A stretch of DNA of 53,060 nucleotides, from the NCBI GenBank assembly GCA_000697335.1, contig JNEM01011801.1, positions 1-53,060 on the forward strand, written 5' to 3'. The notes beneath the pieces are model-generated. The model was not told the DNA's origin. It saw only the letters and a list, made by a program, of their open reading frames with translations, and made no database searches. A program made the translations under genes and the position numbers. Below, one piece after another: positions 50,465-53,060 of this stretch (position 1 is the stretch's first letter; each line of letters starts with the position of its first letter). This DNA comes from Conidiobolus incongruus B7586 (taxonomy: Eukaryota).

Positions 50465-51199
50465 CAAAAAACTTTTATAAAACTCAACAATTAGAATCAA
50501 GATAGTTATTTAATAAATTTTTAATCTAATTGATCGATTTATCAATTATGATAAATATAATTAAAATCAAATGTTACTCTTCTCTACATCTGGATTAAGG
50601 AATTGTATATAGTATTAATGCCAAGTACTAAATTATAAATCATCTTAGTTTCTTTAAAATAATATCAAATTTAAGGTTATTTCTTTACAATAATCAAGTA
50701 ATATAAATTTCAACCAAACAAGATGTATGTATATAATTAAGATCTTTTTACTCGATTAATTACAATTTATTTCAAATTATTATTATTATGATAAAAGAAA
50801 TTTAATTATGAATATTCAAGAACATATTTCCTATAATCATAAGATATAGAATTTTAAATGGACTCTCAAAATTTTATAAAGATTATACTAATAGCTACAT
50901 AACTATATGATAAGATTTAATATGATTGTAGTAGTGTTTTTTTGACTCGAATTATAAAGTACACAGTTGCTAGCAAATTTTATCAAAGACCTTATATGTA
51001 TACTTAGTAATAAAAAATATGAAATATTTTTCAATTTGGTCTAAGCTAAATAACTAATTAGAAGTATTCATAAGAAATCATTATTCATTTTAAACAAAAA
51101 TCTTATTACTCTGTATTTTAAATAATGGGAATTTTTTGCAATTAAAAATAAATAAACATTTTGATATATAATATAACAAAATAAATTTATAATATAAAT

Positions 51200-51750
51200 T
51201 TAAAAATTTCCTTTATTATCAATAACTTTTCGCTATATTTTTAGCAAACTTCTAACACCTAAAAAATAACTTTTTTTATTAAAGACTGAAATTTAATATT
51301 TAACAAACCAATTAAATTTTGCTGTAGAAATTTTCTTTCTTATAAGCTAGTTTTATAATTACCTAAAATAATTATAATCACATAAGTTATAATTTAAAGA
51401 ATATAGTAGATATAGTATTTTTTTCTAGTTATTTTTAATTAGAAAGTTTTTTATATCTTTAGATCTATATATTTTATAGTTATTATGTAAAATAATAAGT
51501 TTTCTTATAATATATTAAAAACATTAATTAAAAATTCTTTTATTTAAATAAATAATATAAAACTTATTAATAATTGATTTTTCTTCAAAAATTAAATAAA
51601 AGTAATATATATTATTATAATCTATTATAATAATTAAGTTTTATTTATTAACAGAATATTTATTTAATATAATTTATAAAGGGAATTAATTTAATTTAAT
51701 ATTACTTTAAATTTAAACTAATGGAAAATTTTTTAATTTTTGATTTTTTA
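51200..51750 (-). mobile_element. Hypermutated mariner relic, family 2 copy C (3' half only; bounds approximate)
   Basis: Reverse complement matches ~52380-52920. Minus-strand translation ILYLLYSLNYNLCDY. Confidence 0.75.
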
Positions 51751-51859
51751 ATATTATTATTAATTTTCAGTAAAAAAAATATAGAACAAATAAAAAAAAT
51801 AAATAATTTTAAAATATATATATATATATATATATAATTTATTTCATTAATAAATTAAT

Positions 51860-52920
51860 TTTTTAAAATTAGTTATATAATTTAATTATCCTTAAACTAA
51901 ATAATAATCATCAAAAGGTTTTTATTTTAATATTATAAAAACTTAACCATAAACCCTTTAAAATTATTTAAAATTTACAAATAGCTTTGAATAATAAAGT
52001 ATTATTTAAATTAACTATTTATTATTTGGTAAATTATTTTAAGGTTAAAAAAGAAACTATCTAGAACCTATTAAAATTTAAAAAACTAACTCTAATTATT
52101 ACTTTGTTAATTATTAATAGAGTGAAAAAATATATTAAAAACACCTTTTTATTTTAGTTAAAGAATTATCTAAGCATTTTAATATTAGATTTATAAGTAT
52201 TTTATATATATTAAAGTTTAAACTCAAATTAATAAATAAGAATAAAAAATAAATATCTTATATTTTAACTAAAGCTTAAAAAAAGCTAGAGTATTTATTA
52301 TTAAACAAAACTTACTAAAATATAATTTGAAGCTTAAACTTTTATAATAAATAATTAGAATTAATAAATCTTTAATTTTTATATATAATCCTTTATTAAA
52401 ACACAAATCAAGATGTTAGATTAAGTTAAATTAACCTCCTTTATAAATCTCTTTAAATAAGAATTTTATTAATAAGTTAATATTAATTATTGTAATAGAT
52501 TATAGTAATATATGCTACTTTTATTTAACTCATGATAAAAAGTTAATTAATAGTAAATTTATATTACTTTTTTAAATCAAAGTATTTTTAATTAATATTC
52601 TTAATATAATTTGAGAAAACCTAATATTTTAAATGATAGTTATAAAAATGCATAAATTTAAAGCTATAAAAAACTTTTTAATTTAAAATAACTGGAAAAA
52701 ACTACTATATCTAGTATATTCTTTAAATTATAACCTATGTGATTATAGTTACTTTAGGTAATTAAAAAATTAGCTTATAAGAAAGAAAATATTTATATAA
52801 AAATTTAATTGATTTGTGAAATATCAAATTTTAATCTTTAATAAAAAAGATTATGTTTTAAGTATTAAATCTTTGTTAAAAATATAACAAAAAATTATTA
52901 ATTTTAAAAGAAACTATTAA
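51860..52920 (+). mobile_element. Hypermutated mariner (DD34D) transposase relic, family 2 copy D (bounds approximate)
   Basis: Translation gives KELSKHFNI..ILKFKLKL..KK*ISYILTKA*K (HTH + WVPH.LT), IIRINKSLIFIYNP (IVTGDE.W..YDP) and ILND..WKKLLYLVYSLNYNLCDY. There are 34 residues between the last two Asp after a 1-nt frameshift correction. Confidence 0.8.
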
Positions 52921-53060
52921 TTTTATATTATATATTTATTTTTATATATTATATATTAAGATATTTATTTAATTTGAATTGTAAAAAATTCATATTATTA
53001 AAAATACAAAGTAATATTTTAATTTGTGTTTTAATAAAAGATTATATATAAAGATTTAAG

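Overview
Very AT-rich eukaryotic DNA with short (~50-60 nt) GT-AG introns. It is almost certainly fungal (Atg15-type lipase, Ndc80, dynein LIC); an early-diverging lineage such as Zoopagomycota is my inference only. The dominant feature is a cluster of at least 19 paralogous, intronless small secreted-peptide genes: 16 intact ORFs and 3 pseudogenes. They share an MVxFKSLIF-type signal peptide, a short mostly acidic pro-region, Tyr/His C-termini and conserved upstream motifs. Ten intact members are Kex2-processed-repeat (KEP)-type precursors, predicted to release short Trp/Gly/His/Asn/Tyr-rich peptides at RR sites (QWGWG..GGNYY, DWYGNHGNNYY, GWSGYHSNNYH). Six members lack RR sites and carry Tyr/Asp/His/Asn-rich low-complexity tails. 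A one-nucleotide RH/RR difference links the two subfamilies. Interspersed single-copy genes are a stand-alone divergent SPX protein, dynein light intermediate chain, an RDH-like SDR, NDC80, an ATG15-like lipase and tRNA-Arg(ACG). The window also holds solo-LTR-like insertions, a 3-copy ~260-330 bp repeat and five decayed mariner transposase relics. Four of the relics carry heavy, RIP-like CpA->TpA / TpG->TpA mutation. No obvious RiPP tailoring enzyme (DUF3328, tyrosinase, P450) is visible in the window.
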